Virus record (IMG/VR): IMGVR_UViG_3300023110_002336
Span: 26,622-90,621 of that record
Reading direction: 5' to 3' (one strand)
DNA: 64,000 nucleotides
Source: a virus
In this document: positions 1 to 9,725 of the stretch, in pieces
Position numbering within the stretch: the stretch's first letter is position 1
How the letters are laid out: each line of letters begins with the position of its first letter
Position numbers and translations under genes: made by a program
Notes under the pieces: generated by a model
Seen by the model: the letters and a program-made list of their open reading frames with translations, nothing else
What the model was told of the DNA's origin: nothing
Database searches by the model: none

Positions 1-3000
1 GCCTTGTAGAGAACATCGGCTTCTAGCTTAACTAGTTCTACGAAGGAAAGGTAATCGTATGGCCAGTTGAACTGGAGGTATTCATCATCCTTGTCGGTCT
101 CGGGCTTATCGAGGTTGCTTGTGGGTCTCGCTGCCTTGACCTGTGGCGGGATGAGATCGTAGTAATCCTTTGTTGCCTTCTGCTTGACCTTGAAAACCAT
201 CCAACGTAGGTTGGGGTTATCCATCAAGTTACTTTCATCTAGAAGCTCGTTGTTCATTAGATCGTGAGCAACCTTTGCTTCTTGGAATGTAATCTTCTTG
301 TAGTCTCTCGGAGCAAGGTTCTGCCAGATGTAGGAGAGATCGTCCTTGTCAAACTCGTACTTGAACTCAAAGAAGTACATTACAATGGGATCAATTTCAT
401 CAAAATTGATGAAGTCGAATTGTGGTGGGAGAACGTAGCGCTTCATCTTCTGAACCATCTTACGGATGCTCTCGCCTGCTGCTTCTAGTGAATCGCCATC
501 TTGTGAGCCCTCACGTTCCTTTAGTGCCGCTCTAAAGCGCTGCCTTGGTATGTTTATAAACTTCTTGCGGTTCTTGTCATCGTCAGTCTTGGCATTTCCG
601 TAATCTTCGTTTGCTTCAAGAATGTAAGGAATTGCCACAACCGCTTCATATACCTCTCTCTTATCCGCAATTTCTCCAAGGCGTACCTTTGCGCTGTCTT
701 TTTTCTGAGAGCGTGAGAAGCCGAATAGGTCGCTTAATGACTGATAATCTAGGTAGGCTGTGGAGCCTGAGCCTAGTGGGTCGTTATTGTTGTATGATGA
801 ACTCATGTTGATCACATCATAGTGATATTTAAGCCAGTCGTTTGGAATATCACCAATTTCTAGGAACACGCCTGTATCTGGATCTGTCGGCATTTCGCCA
901 AACTGGTGCCACATACCACGGGGAACTGACTCGGAGAAGTTAGTTGGGTAGGTAATATTGTTGCTATCTTCTTTCACGTTCGCGAAATTAAGCATCGGGG
1001 TTTCCCACTTAGGCTGAATAACCCAGCGCTTGCCTGCGAGTTCGTTTTGATCTAGAATTGTGTTTCCGAATTTGTCTTTGCGCTTCTTGGGGACTCTCTC
1101 GACACCGAAGAGGTTGAGAGAAGAATCAAGTTGCATTGCGTTCTTGTTGATTACGCTTCCACCATAAATTGCCTGCTGACCAGAAATACCACTGCTGGCG
1201 TCATAGCCATGGTCTATGAGTGCTCTTTGAAGATTGGAGTAGCCGTCGAGGTTGCTGTCTGCGGTGCCTTCAATTATTCTGCCCGGATCAACGCGCCAGT
1301 ATATTGCCTCGGTTTCAGTAAGAATATCTTCAAGTGTATAAGTTTTGGTAGAATCTGGACGGAAAATAAAATCAACCCAAGACTCGCCGTGGTAATAAGG
1401 CGGCGTGTATGCCCAGTTGTATCCCTCTAGTGAGTCAAGAGTTCCACTTAAGAATGCATCTGCATGATTCTCAGAAGAATCAGAGTTTCTGCCACTGATA
1501 GATGGACCGAACGCAGTTGGACGAGAATACATTGTAAATGTTTCTTGAAACTCAGAATTGTGTGCAGGATCTTGGGGAATCGGGAATGAAGCACTCAAAG
1601 AGATCACATTGCTTCCGGTGCTGCGAGTTGCTAAAGCGCCATTTGTTGAGAAGTACTCATTATCTCCGGTGGAGCCAGATTCACTATTGTAGAACCTTTT
1701 ACCATTATGAGACTTTCTGATTTTTAGTCTCGCAGCAAAAACATCGCCATCTTTGAACTTGAGTCCATCTTGGATAAGATCAGACTCAATTTTGGTGTAA
1801 GAAGAGTTCTTCAAGAAGAAGTCGCCTGTCTGTCCAAAGAAGTTCTTTGCCATAAGTTCGTAAATTCCGTCTGAGACAGAAGTGTCAAGAGAAGCTGTTA
1901 TATTTATAGAAGCAGAAGGGTGTGGCTCAAAGTCTAAGAACTCAACTTTGTCTATGTATTTTCCGGGTTCGATCATAGTCTCGAATGGAACACGAAGGTC
2001 CCAATAAGAATTTTGCGGGTTATAATCATCCAAAGACACTTCCGAAGAAGTTATCGGAATTAACATGTAGTTTTCAGCGTCTGCATTAGAGCCGGTGAAG
2101 TTAAATGTTGAAATTTTCTTTTTGTTATTGACAACCGGATAATCAACAGCGATTCCAGATTTAATGGAGTTGTAGAGGATACCGGGAGAGAAAAGGGGCT
2201 GGATCACTGGTCTATAAATTCCAGACACAGAGCCATTAAATCCTCCAACAGTGTTGGTGCCTCCCCCTAATTTTGGATAAGTAGCACTAAATCCAGCAGC
2301 AAAAGAACTTGAGAACTGGCTTACCAAGTCAAGCGTTCTCTGTGCTGGGTAGAAGCCCTTGTAGGGATTGAAGCGAACTGCTGCCTTACAGGTCAACATT
2401 ATTTCTTTCGCATTTAGTCCGGACTTATCCTTGATGCTTGCGAACTCTCGCAAGAAGTCAGAGTTAGAATAGTCCTTGTAGAAGTTCTGCTGTGAACTGC
2501 TGATTGTTGTTCCGGGGATCTCAAATGTGTCGAAGTTAAACTTGTTGAAAGTTCCGCCCTTGACGTATTCGTTAATGTGTTCTGAGATTCTGAACTCTGG
2601 AATAATGGCGTAATCTCTCGCAGCAAGTTGCAACTCTTCGCGGAAGTCCCCATATTCATCGAACCAAGGCTCAGATCGGTAAGAAGAAGTTATGAAAGAA
2701 CTACCAGACTTGACGTTAATTGTGGCATAAGTTCCTGCTTCCCACAACGCCTCACCAGCACCAATTCCAATCTGATCTGTAAATGAATCAGGCGAACTAC
2801 TAGTTTTGGCAAAGCCTGTTCTTGAAACAACCGAGTTTGGTGAAGTCAAGTTCTGCTTTCTAGAATAAAGAGCAGATGCAGCATTTAGAATTGCTTTAGT
2901 AGAGTTAGTTGGGAGATAAATGGGTGTAGATGATTTTACATAAGCCATCAAGTAGAGGTTTTGTAGCTCTCCTGCATTGCCCTCTAGCGATGGAGAATCA

Positions 3001-6000
3001 TAGTTAGAAGCTGTCAAGTAATCTGTAAAGCTGGAGCCATTGAAGTTTCCTGTCAAGATTGCTGTTCTATCAATGAAGTTGTCAGGAGCATCCAAAATCC
3101 AACTACTTTGCGAGACAACAAGATTGAATGAGTTTGTAAATGAATTTCCTAGTTCTGCTCTATCGCTACGACTATCTCTCCAGAACTTGTTGTCGTAGCC
3201 AAGTCTCTCGCGTGAGCCGCTTGAGAATTCGTTTCTTGTGGACGGGAATAGGGTTTCAGAGTAATGGATCCAGTTTAGGCTAGAACCTTGCTGTTGAGAT
3301 ACTTCTAACAACTGGTCAAATGGGGTGAGTGTTGGATCTTCTTTCTCGAACACAAGGTCATTCAATTCGCGCTCGTTGAAGTAGATCTTCTCGTTGTTGT
3401 GTGTTGTCTTGAGGGAAACGTTTTGCCCGTCAACATCCATGTTGACCACAACTGGGCGACCACGGAGAGAAACCGGTGGTAGTCGGAACTCTCTGATTGT
3501 AGTTCCCTTGACTGCTGTGAGTAGGTTTTCTTTGTGTTCTCGGTCCAAGATCGGGTGATCTTTCTGGTGGAGGGCACGCCAGTTCCAGCCATATGTGTCA
3601 CCACGATGGATAAGCAAAGCGTTTAGTCTCTCGCCTTCTGCGGGTGTCTGTAGTGCGCCGCTGATTGTTGGCTCGCCAAGAGTGTTTATGGCAGAACCAG
3701 TCTTATCGAGAACAAGCAAGTCCAATCTTGTTGTGTTCTGGTAGATTCCAGATGTAGCAGCAGATGCTGACACATAATCAAAGAACGGGTAGTAGTTACC
3801 TGTGATCTCGTAGTAAGGTGCGATAGGCGAGTTTACCTGCATGAAGCCAGAGTAGCGTGGCTCGCAAGCACCTGTATGAGTAATTGAGTGTGCAAACCAA
3901 GAGTATTGGCGATCAGAGCGTGGGATCTGGTGGTGTAGATTTAGGTTGTCGTACTTTTGGTCGCAGACAACTTCTGTAAGTGTATTTGTAACAGTTTCAC
4001 TAAATGTATCAAAAGTCGATGCCGTGATTTGTAGCTGACCTGCTGTTGTGACCGCTGCTTCAAAGTCATTAATGCCGCCTACATCTACGACTGCATCACC
4101 GTCAGATAGATTACCTACTGATGCATCTCCAGTAGAATCACCCATTCTGAGATAGAAATACATGTCACTAGATTTTACAGAATCTGGATCCCTATCTATG
4201 TCGTAATACGAGCCAGAATTATACAAACTATCTTTGTTAGCATCCGAAAGTTGCCCATTCCAGAAGCCAAACTCATCAATTAGATAGTCTCTGCCTTGGT
4301 TGTTGACATTAGGGTTCCAAATTGTTCCCCTACCGATAGCGTGCCTATGGTTAGAGCCGTAAGTGATGTTAATTGGATCTGAGAAAGAACCGATTGGGGT
4401 TGAGTTACTTGCAGTATTGTTAATCCAAATCTCAGGCTTATTGCTTGAATCTCCGTCCCAACGTATAAAAATGTGGTTCCATTGATCTCTGGTAACTGTA
4501 TTAGCACTCAAGTATCTTATGTCGCTAGATTTTGAACTCTCATCAGCATCAGAAAAAGCAATTGCTATTTGAGAATCGGGACTGTTATTTGTTAGAGAAA
4601 TCTGGAGTGGTGAAAATTCATCATCTAATGAACCAGTAGGGACATTTAACGAGAAAATGTGCTTAACAACATTGCTACCGATTGTCTTATCATCATAAAT
4701 CCAGAAAGAAAAAGTCATCTCTCTAGAAGTTAAATCAAAGTTACGAGTAGATAAGCTTTTAGCGTCTGTTGTGTCTGTAAAACGTAAAGAATTTTGATTT
4801 TGATAGGTTGTGGTGGTAATTGTTTCTACTTCTCTAGCCTTTATGACATTGTTTCTATGAACTTTGTGGAATGATGGCGCTTCGGTAAACGCATCGTCAG
4901 CTTTTCCGGGAGAATTTAAGTCAGGGGTGTTTCTTGGCACGTTGGAGAAGTCAGTGTCGCTCTCAACGTGAGAATCACGGAAGAATCTAGTAGCATGACG
5001 TGCAGCCAAGTTTGTAAAACCAAAGTCTTTGCCAGTGTGATCGAAACTTCTAATTCCTGTTGTCTGAGAAACAATCGAAGAAGTTACGCCTTGGAATGGG
5101 CGACGTGAAGTAAGGTTTCTGTTGTTAATTGTGTTGTAGACTGAGAAGTCACCAGAACGGAAGTCCTTGAAGGCAGGAGTCATAGACTCGAAAGAGCCGG
5201 GAGATGAGAAGCGGTTGACTATGACAGTCTTATTTTTGTAGTCTCCGGACCCTGTTAGGTAGCCAGCGTTGTAGTCGTCAACGAATGTAAAGTGTCCGTT
5301 TTTCCCTCTTTCGATGTCAAGAATAGTCTTGACAACATCAGCGCCTTCTGCTACAGTCGGTAGTGTTGGCTGTTCGTCAATGAATGCTCTTGGGTTAGAG
5401 TAGCCGCCTACAATATGGACAACATCGTAGTTATGGTTGTAGTTGCCAAGAATGGTTGAACCAGTTCTGTGCTGAATGTTGCGAATGTTGACAGGGCGCT
5501 TGGCGGTTTCGTCGCGGAAGTAAGTTGCCTTCATAGCACCAGTCATGGGGTATGGTGTTTGCCCTTCTTCGTTGGCTTCGGGGTAAGGGTAATCTGCGCC
5601 GACCATGCCGATAGCACCGTCAGTGTTGGGGCACTTGCCTAGGGCAATCTTCCAAGCCTCAGGGCGGTTTAGGTAGTTGTCTCCACCAGTGTTAAGTTTG
5701 ATGTGACGAGATTGATGCCCACCAACAGCGTAGTTAGTGAACGGACCCTGCATTGGGCGTTCCATGTCGGGACCATAGACATCGTTGTGGAGGTTTGTGA
5801 TTTCAATGCTTGCTGTTGCTCTCGCGATAACATGCGCGTTGTAGCCAGAACGAACAGAGGAAGAGACGATGTTGAATGGGAATGCCTTTGATGATTTAAC
5901 GTTCTTGTAGCCGAGTCCATCTTCCCAATCGCGACCGTGTTGAACGAGAATGTTTCTCTTGACCTTAGCTGCTGGGTTCTCGGGAGGATCGCTTGTGTCT

Positions 6001-9000
6001 TCGAGAGCAACAAGATCATCTGTAAATCCGAGAAGAACGTTCTTTGGAATAAAGATGTTGTCGGTTTGGTTTATTGGACCTGCGGGATGTAGAGCGGTAT
6101 AGGTGTAGTGAATGTCCTTGTCGTCTGTAAAGTTGACGCCGCCCTTGATTTCTCTTATTCTCTTTGACTCGAACACTTGACCCTTGGATAGAGTGCGGTA
6201 CTTGAAGTTTGAGCGTGAGTATTTGACGCCTGCGTTAGTGAAACTTCTACCAACACCGCCATTAGTCTGGTTTGTGCTAACATTGCGAATCTGAGTTCTG
6301 TCGGAGTCCACAGCAGCATCACCAGAAGAAATTGTACCAGCACGCTCAGCACGCTCCTTCCACCAGTTTGAGTTATCGCGTTCTAATCCGCTTACGGGGG
6401 CGTGGTTTCTATCCCAGTTGTAGCGCAACTCTTCTGCACCGAAAGCAACGCCCTCGGTTGAAGAAGTGAAAGCCATCATCGGGATTCTGTGTTGGAACTT
6501 AGCACGCTCCAAAACGTGTGATTCTACTGTGTTTAGAATATCTGATGTGTATTCAGCAGACGCTGGGATAAGCTGCCCAATGATCTGAGATACAGCATCA
6601 TCGAACCACTTGTAGTAATCTACGAAACGTTCTACTTCTGTGACGTTTGTGACTCTGCGGAAGAAGACTTCTCTTAGCTTGTTGAGACCCTTGTACTCCA
6701 TCCTGTACATATGAACAGGGTGTCCAATTAGGTTATGGAAATCATTAACGCCTGCGAAGAAGTTTAACATCTCCTCGGAGATTGCGTTATACATACTCTT
6801 TTCAAGAACGTGGTGGTAGTTGGGAATTGTATCAACAGAATCAAAAAGTTTATCGTCATCTGTTCTGATCTGAACAAGATTGTCCCCGATTACCAACTCT
6901 GGGTTGATAAACTGATGCGTGTTGACTTCTTTTTTGAGAACAACGTCGGTTGCGTTAGCCTCGAAACCAAATCCAACGCCGGGGTATAGATAGCCAGAGA
7001 TGGCCCCTAGTTCTCCGTATTCTCCGCTTCTAGCCTCGGTAGATCCAGAACTGATATCTGTGACCGAGAAGCCGCCTGTTCCATCAGCGCCAGTTACGTT
7101 GCCGAACTCGTAGTTGAGAGCGAGCGTGTGACGGTTTAATGTTTTGTTGTTATCGTTGTCTAAAGCAGATAAATGTTGGCTGGCACTAACAATTCCATAA
7201 TTTTCAAAATCAAACGCATGTTGCTGTAAAGAAATTTCGTCAAGGTATTTCGTCCAGTATCTTGTAGCAGTTACAAGAACATCTGATTTGTATTGTAACG
7301 CACCTGTGACGTTTGTTCTATGAGCACCAACGAAGATTCTCTTTGGAGACTTGAGAAGATCTTCTGCACTTGTTGCTGAACCGGTTACCTTGAAGCTGTT
7401 TCTGATCTCTCCAAGCCTCTGATTGTATCCTGAGAATTCTAGGGTGTAACCAGAGGCTGCTACACCTTCAACAGAGCCTGTTAGTCCGAGACTATCCGGC
7501 TTGATACGAACTGAAAGATTCCAATCTTCATCATCATAGACGCCGTGGAAGAGGCTACTTGAGATTTCGCTTGTGAGCATAGAAGAAGAAAGAACAAATT
7601 TTACATTCTTTGAGTAGTTCTCGTCTCTCTCGGCATAAACGTAGAAGCTTGGGTCGTATACATCGGTCCCTGCTGTATCAGCACTAGCAGAGTGAAGACC
7701 GAATAGCGATACTCTTGTGAAATTGCGATCGAAAGTATCGATAAGCTTGATGAACTTGGGGAATATAACGTCAACTTCGTGGGTCAATCCGTAGCGAAGT
7801 TCGTGAGAATCCAATCCAGAGCCATAAATGTAGCCCAATTGTGTTGAATCAGTAGAACCAGACGAGTAAACAACCGCACCAAGATGGTCTTTGTTGTTGA
7901 AATTAACAGAAGACTTTTTCAAAGTTGTCTGTTTTAGATTATTTTCAAGTTCATATGTGAAGTTGTTAGCGTAAGTATTGAATCTTACTAGCTTATCATC
8001 GATGTTGAAAGCGCGAAGAACGTTTCTAACAGCCTTTTCGGTACCCTTTGACTTGAAAATGTAAGTTAAGTTGTTGTAAAGGTTAAGATAAATAAGGTTT
8101 TTAACTTCTTCTAGGTCATTCTCGAAGGCTTCGGATTCGTTTCTATTGAGAAATTTCTCCATAACAGTCGCATCTACGAAGATTTCTGGTGTTTCTAGAC
8201 CCAAAGAAGCTGGCATGTGCTTCGCAAATGGGATTGGTTTATAGGAGGAACTGGTGTAAATTGGTGATTTGAAAGTGGAAACAGCCTCGATTTGGAGGTA
8301 TAATTTGTCAAAATATGTACCAATTATATGACTTAGGTACTTGAAGTTGGTGTTTCCAAGGTCCTCGTGCTCTTCCATGATCCAACTTGGCATGAAAGTC
8401 GCAAAAGCCGCGTTATTGCGCATGTCATGGTCTGCACCCTTGCTTATGAGACTTGTTTTGAGACTAGATACGCTTGGATGGGTAGCATAAATGATAGGGT
8501 CAAGGTACTCGCTTGTAGCAGCGCTTGCGGATACAATTGCAGAACCAGTGTTACGAGTGCTTGTGGTGTAGCCGGTGAAGGTACCGTTAGAAATGCGACC
8601 AGAGTAGTCCAAAACTATCTTATCTGTCGCCTCTACGCCTGTTATGCCCTCGTTAAATTTGTAGTAGACCCCAAGGGTAGTGTTAGAAATGTCGGTGTTA
8701 GAACCGCCTCTGACTTGACCAAACCAGTTTCTACCGATCTCTTGTGCTGTTCTCTCAACTTTCCAGAAACGGAACTCGTCCATAGAACCTGAGAAATAAA
8801 GGTGCCCTTCATCATGAGAACCAGAGCCAATGTAAGCAAGGGTCTCTGGTTGTGTAAGAGTGTTTACACCGTCGGTACCAAGAGTTGTTGTCTGATCGAG
8901 AACACCATTGAGGTAGAACTTGGTTGTGATACCAGCACTTGCGCTCTTGAACGAGACAGCATAGTGATTCCAGTTTTCTATAGATGAGGTATCTGGAGTG

Positions 9001-9725
9001 GAACCAATTTGTTCATCTCCAAAAATATCAGAGTGCGAGGCGCTAAGAGTGGCAAAGAAAGGTGAGCCAGCAGAGTCAGAAAGATATAAGGTAAATTCGT
9101 CACCACCAGAAGAGTTGGTGAGATGAAAGATTGCTCTTTTTTCGCCAGCACCCAACTCATGATTCTTAAGCCAGAATTCAATAGTGACACCCTTTTGGAA
9201 ATCACACTTTAGGTTCGACTCTCTGGTTCCCTGACCGTAATCAGATGGCAAACCCTCAGTAGTGTATAAATCTTCATCGTAGATATTGGCAGTCTCTCTT
9301 TGGGAAGACTTTGGATCCTTAAACAGTCCCTTCGTAGAAGTCGAACTGATTGTGTGTGGACCGCCCTTGAAAGAGATGTAAGAGTTTGAAAAGTTGACGT
9401 ATCCGTTGGTGCGAGGATAGAGAGTATTGAATATAAATTTCTCAATATCCAGAGACTTGTTGTAAAACTCGTTGTATTCTGCGTCAGACCCGTCGTATGG
9501 ATAGAAATCAATGATACGATCGATAGCAGACTGGTAGTAAAGCTCGGCAGAACCAAAACGAGCAAAAGAGAGAGGATCATTGTAATCTATCTGTGGCTCG
9601 AAAGTATTCTGCTTTTCAGAGATAGCGGCTACGTTTCTTGACGACTCTGCGTCAGTAAAAGCATCTTTCTGGTTTGTGTCTGAAACGTAGTTTGTTGAAC
9701 GCTCGAATAAATCTCTAGTACTCAT
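1..9725 (-). CDS. Giant virion structural protein (baseplate wedge/tail-associated, several LamG/concanavalin-like domains); >3,240 aa, 3' end runs off the window
   Basis: Absent from the ORF track. ATG at 9725 (MSTRDLFERSTNY...) overlaps the upstream stop. The same frame was confirmed by hand at ~8045 (LYNNLTYIFKSKGTEKAVRNVLRAF), ~4200 (LIDEFGFWNG) and the window edge (FNWPYDYLSFVELVKLEADVLYK). LamG-type motifs TIEFWLK, WNHYAV and DEFRFW are present. Not every codon was checked. Confidence 0.88.
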   Translation of the reverse strand, partial: MSTRDLFERSTNYVSDTNQKDAFTDAESSRNVAAISEKQNTFEPQIDYNDPLSFARFGSAELYYQSAIDRIIDFYPYDGSDAEYNEFYNKSLDIEKFIFNTLYPRTNGYVNFSNSYISFKGGPHTISSTSTKGLFKDPKSSQRETANIYDEDLYTTEGLPSDYGQGTRESNLKCDFQKGVTIEFWLKNHELGAGEKRAIFHLTNSSGGDEFTLYLSDSAGSPFFATLSASHSDIFGDEQIGSTPDTSSIENWNHYAVSFKSASAGITTKFYLNGVLDQTTTLGTDGVNTLTQPETLAYIGSGSHDEGHLYFSGSMDEFRFWKVERTAQEIGRNWFGQVRGGSNTDISNTTLGVYYKFNEGITGVEATDKIVLDYSGRISNGTFTGYTTSTRNTGSAIVSASAATSEYLDPIIYATHPSVSSLKTSLISKGADHDMRNNAAFATFMPSWIMEEHEDLGNTNFKYLSHIIGTYFDKLYLQIEAVSTFKSPIYTSSSYKPIPFAKHMPASLGLETPEIFVDATVMEKFLNRNESEAFENDLEEVKNLIYLNLYNNLTYIFKSKGTEKAVRNVLRAFNIDDKLVRFNTYANNFTYELENNLKQTTLKKSSVNFNNKDHLGAVVYSSGSTDSTQLGYIYGSGLDSHELRYGLTHEVDVIFPKFIKLIDTFDRNFTRVSLFGLHSASADTAGTDVYDPSFYVYAERDENYSKNVKFVLSSSMLTSEISSSLFHGVYDDEDWNLSVRIKPDSLGLTGSVEGVAASGYTLEFSGYNQRLGEIRNSFKVTGSATSAEDLLKSPKRIFVGAHRTNVTGALQYKSDVLVTATRYWTKYLDEISLQQHAFDFENYGIVSASQHLSALDNDNNKTLNRHTLALNYEFGNVTGADGTGGFSVTDISSGSTEARSGEYGELGAISGYLYPGVGFGFEANATDVVLKKEVNTHQFINPELVIGDNLVQIRTDDDKLFDSVDTIPNYHHVLEKSMYNAISEEMLNFFAGVNDFHNLIGHPVHMYRMEYKGLNKLREVFFRRVTNVTEVERFVDYYKWFDDAVSQIIGQLIPASAEYTSDILNTVESHVLERAKFQHRIPMMAFTSSTEGVAFGAEELRYNWDRNHAPVSGLERDNSNWWKERAERAGTISSGDAAVDSDRTQIRNVSTNQTNGGVGRSFTNAGVKYSRSNFKYRTLSKGQVFESKRIREIKGGVNFTDDKDIHYTYTALHPAGPINQTDNIFIPKNVLLGFTDDLVALEDTSDPPENPAAKVKRNILVQHGRDWEDGLGYKNVKSSKAFPFNIVSSSVRSGYNAHVIARATASIEITNLHNDVYGPDMERPMQGPFTNYAVGGHQSRHIKLNTGGDNYLNRPEAWKIALGKCPNTDGAIGMVGADYPYPEANEEGQTPYPMTGAMKATYFRDETAKRPVNIRNIQHRTGSTILGNYNHNYDVVHIVGGYSNPRAFIDEQPTLPTVAEGADVVKTILDIERGKNGHFTFVDDYNAGYLTGSGDYKNKTVIVNRFSSPGSFESMTPAFKDFRSGDFSVYNTINNRNLTSRRPFQGVTSSIVSQTTGIRSFDHTGKDFGFTNLAARHATRFFRDSHVESDTDFSNVPRNTPDLNSPGKADDAFTEAPSFHKVHRNNVIKAREVETITTTTYQNQNSLRFTDTTDAKSLSTRNFDLTSREMTFSFWIYDDKTIGSNVVKHIFSLNVPTGSLDDEFSPLQISLTNNSPDSQIAIAFSDADESSKSSDIRYLSANTVTRDQWNHIFIRWDGDSSNKPEIWINNTASNSTPIGSFSDPINITYGSNHRHAIGRGTIWNPNVNNQGRDYLIDEFGFWNGQLSDANKDSLYNSGSYYDIDRDPDSVKSSDMYFYLRMGDSTGDASVGNLSDGDAVVDVGGINDFEAAVTTAGQLQITASTFDTFSETVTNTLTEVVCDQKYDNLNLHHQIPRSDRQYSWFAHSITHTGACEPRYSGFMQVNSPIAPYYEITGNYYPFFDYVSASAATSGIYQNTTRLDLLVLDKTGSAINTLGEPTISGALQTPAEGERLNALLIHRGDTYGWNWRALHQKDHPILDREHKENLLTAVKGTTIREFRLPPVSLRGRPVVVNMDVDGQNVSLKTTHNNEKIYFNERELNDLVFEKEDPTLTPFDQLLEVSQQQGSSLNWIHYSETLFPSTRNEFSSGSRERLGYDNKFWRDSRSDRAELGNSFTNSFNLVVSQSSWILDAPDNFIDRTAILTGNFNGSSFTDYLTASNYDSPSLEGNAGELQNLYLMAYVKSSTPIYLPTNSTKAILNAASALYSRKQNLTSPNSVVSRTGFAKTSSSPDSFTDQIGIGAGEALWEAGTYATINVKSGSSFITSSYRSEPWFDEYGDFREELQLAARDYAIIPEFRISEHINEYVKGGTFNKFNFDTFEIPGTTISSSQQNFYKDYSNSDFLREFASIKDKSGLNAKEIMLTCKAAVRFNPYKGFYPAQRTLDLVSQFSSSFAAGFSATYPKLGGGTNTVGGFNGSVSGIYRPVIQPLFSPGILYNSIKSGIAVDYPVVNNKKKISTFNFTGSNADAENYMLIPITSSEVSLDDYNPQNSYWDLRVPFETMIEPGKYIDKVEFLDFEPHPSASINITASLDTSVSDGIYELMAKNFFGQTGDFFLKNSSYTKIESDLIQDGLKFKDGDVFAARLKIRKSHNGKRFYNSESGSTGDNEYFSTNGALATRSTGSNVISLSASFPIPQDPAHNSEFQETFTMYSRPTAFGPSISGRNSDSSENHADAFLSGTLDSLEGYNWAYTPPYYHGESWVDFIFRPDSTKTYTLEDILTETEAIYWRVDPGRIIEGTADSNLDGYSNLQRALIDHGYDASSGISGQQAIYGGSVINKNAMQLDSSLNLFGVERVPKKRKDKFGNTILDQNELAGKRWVIQPKWETPMLNFANVKEDSNNITYPTNFSESVPRGMWHQFGEMPTDPDTGVFLEIGDIPNDWLKYHYDVINMSSSYNNNDPLGSGSTAYLDYQSLSDLFGFSRSQKKDSAKVRLGEIADKREVYEAVVAIPYILEANEDYGNAKTDDDKNRKKFINIPRQRFRAALKEREGSQDGDSLEAAGESIRKMVQKMKRYVLPPQFDFINFDEIDPIVMYFFEFKYEFDKDDLSYIWQNLAPRDYKKITFQEAKVAHDLMNNELLDESNLMDNPNLRWMVFKVKQKATKDYYDLIPPQVKAARPTSNLDKPETDKDDEYLQFNWPYDYLSFVELVKLEADVLYK

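Noticed and set aside
264-9580. Many short ORFs on both strands in the first 9.7 kb
   Set aside because: They are alternative-frame shadows of the single giant minus-strand ORF.
1-9725. Stop-codon recoding as an explanation for the apparent ORF desert
   Set aside because: The region appears open in code 11. It was probably missed only because the stop lies outside the window, and TAG, TGA and TAA all end genes elsewhere.
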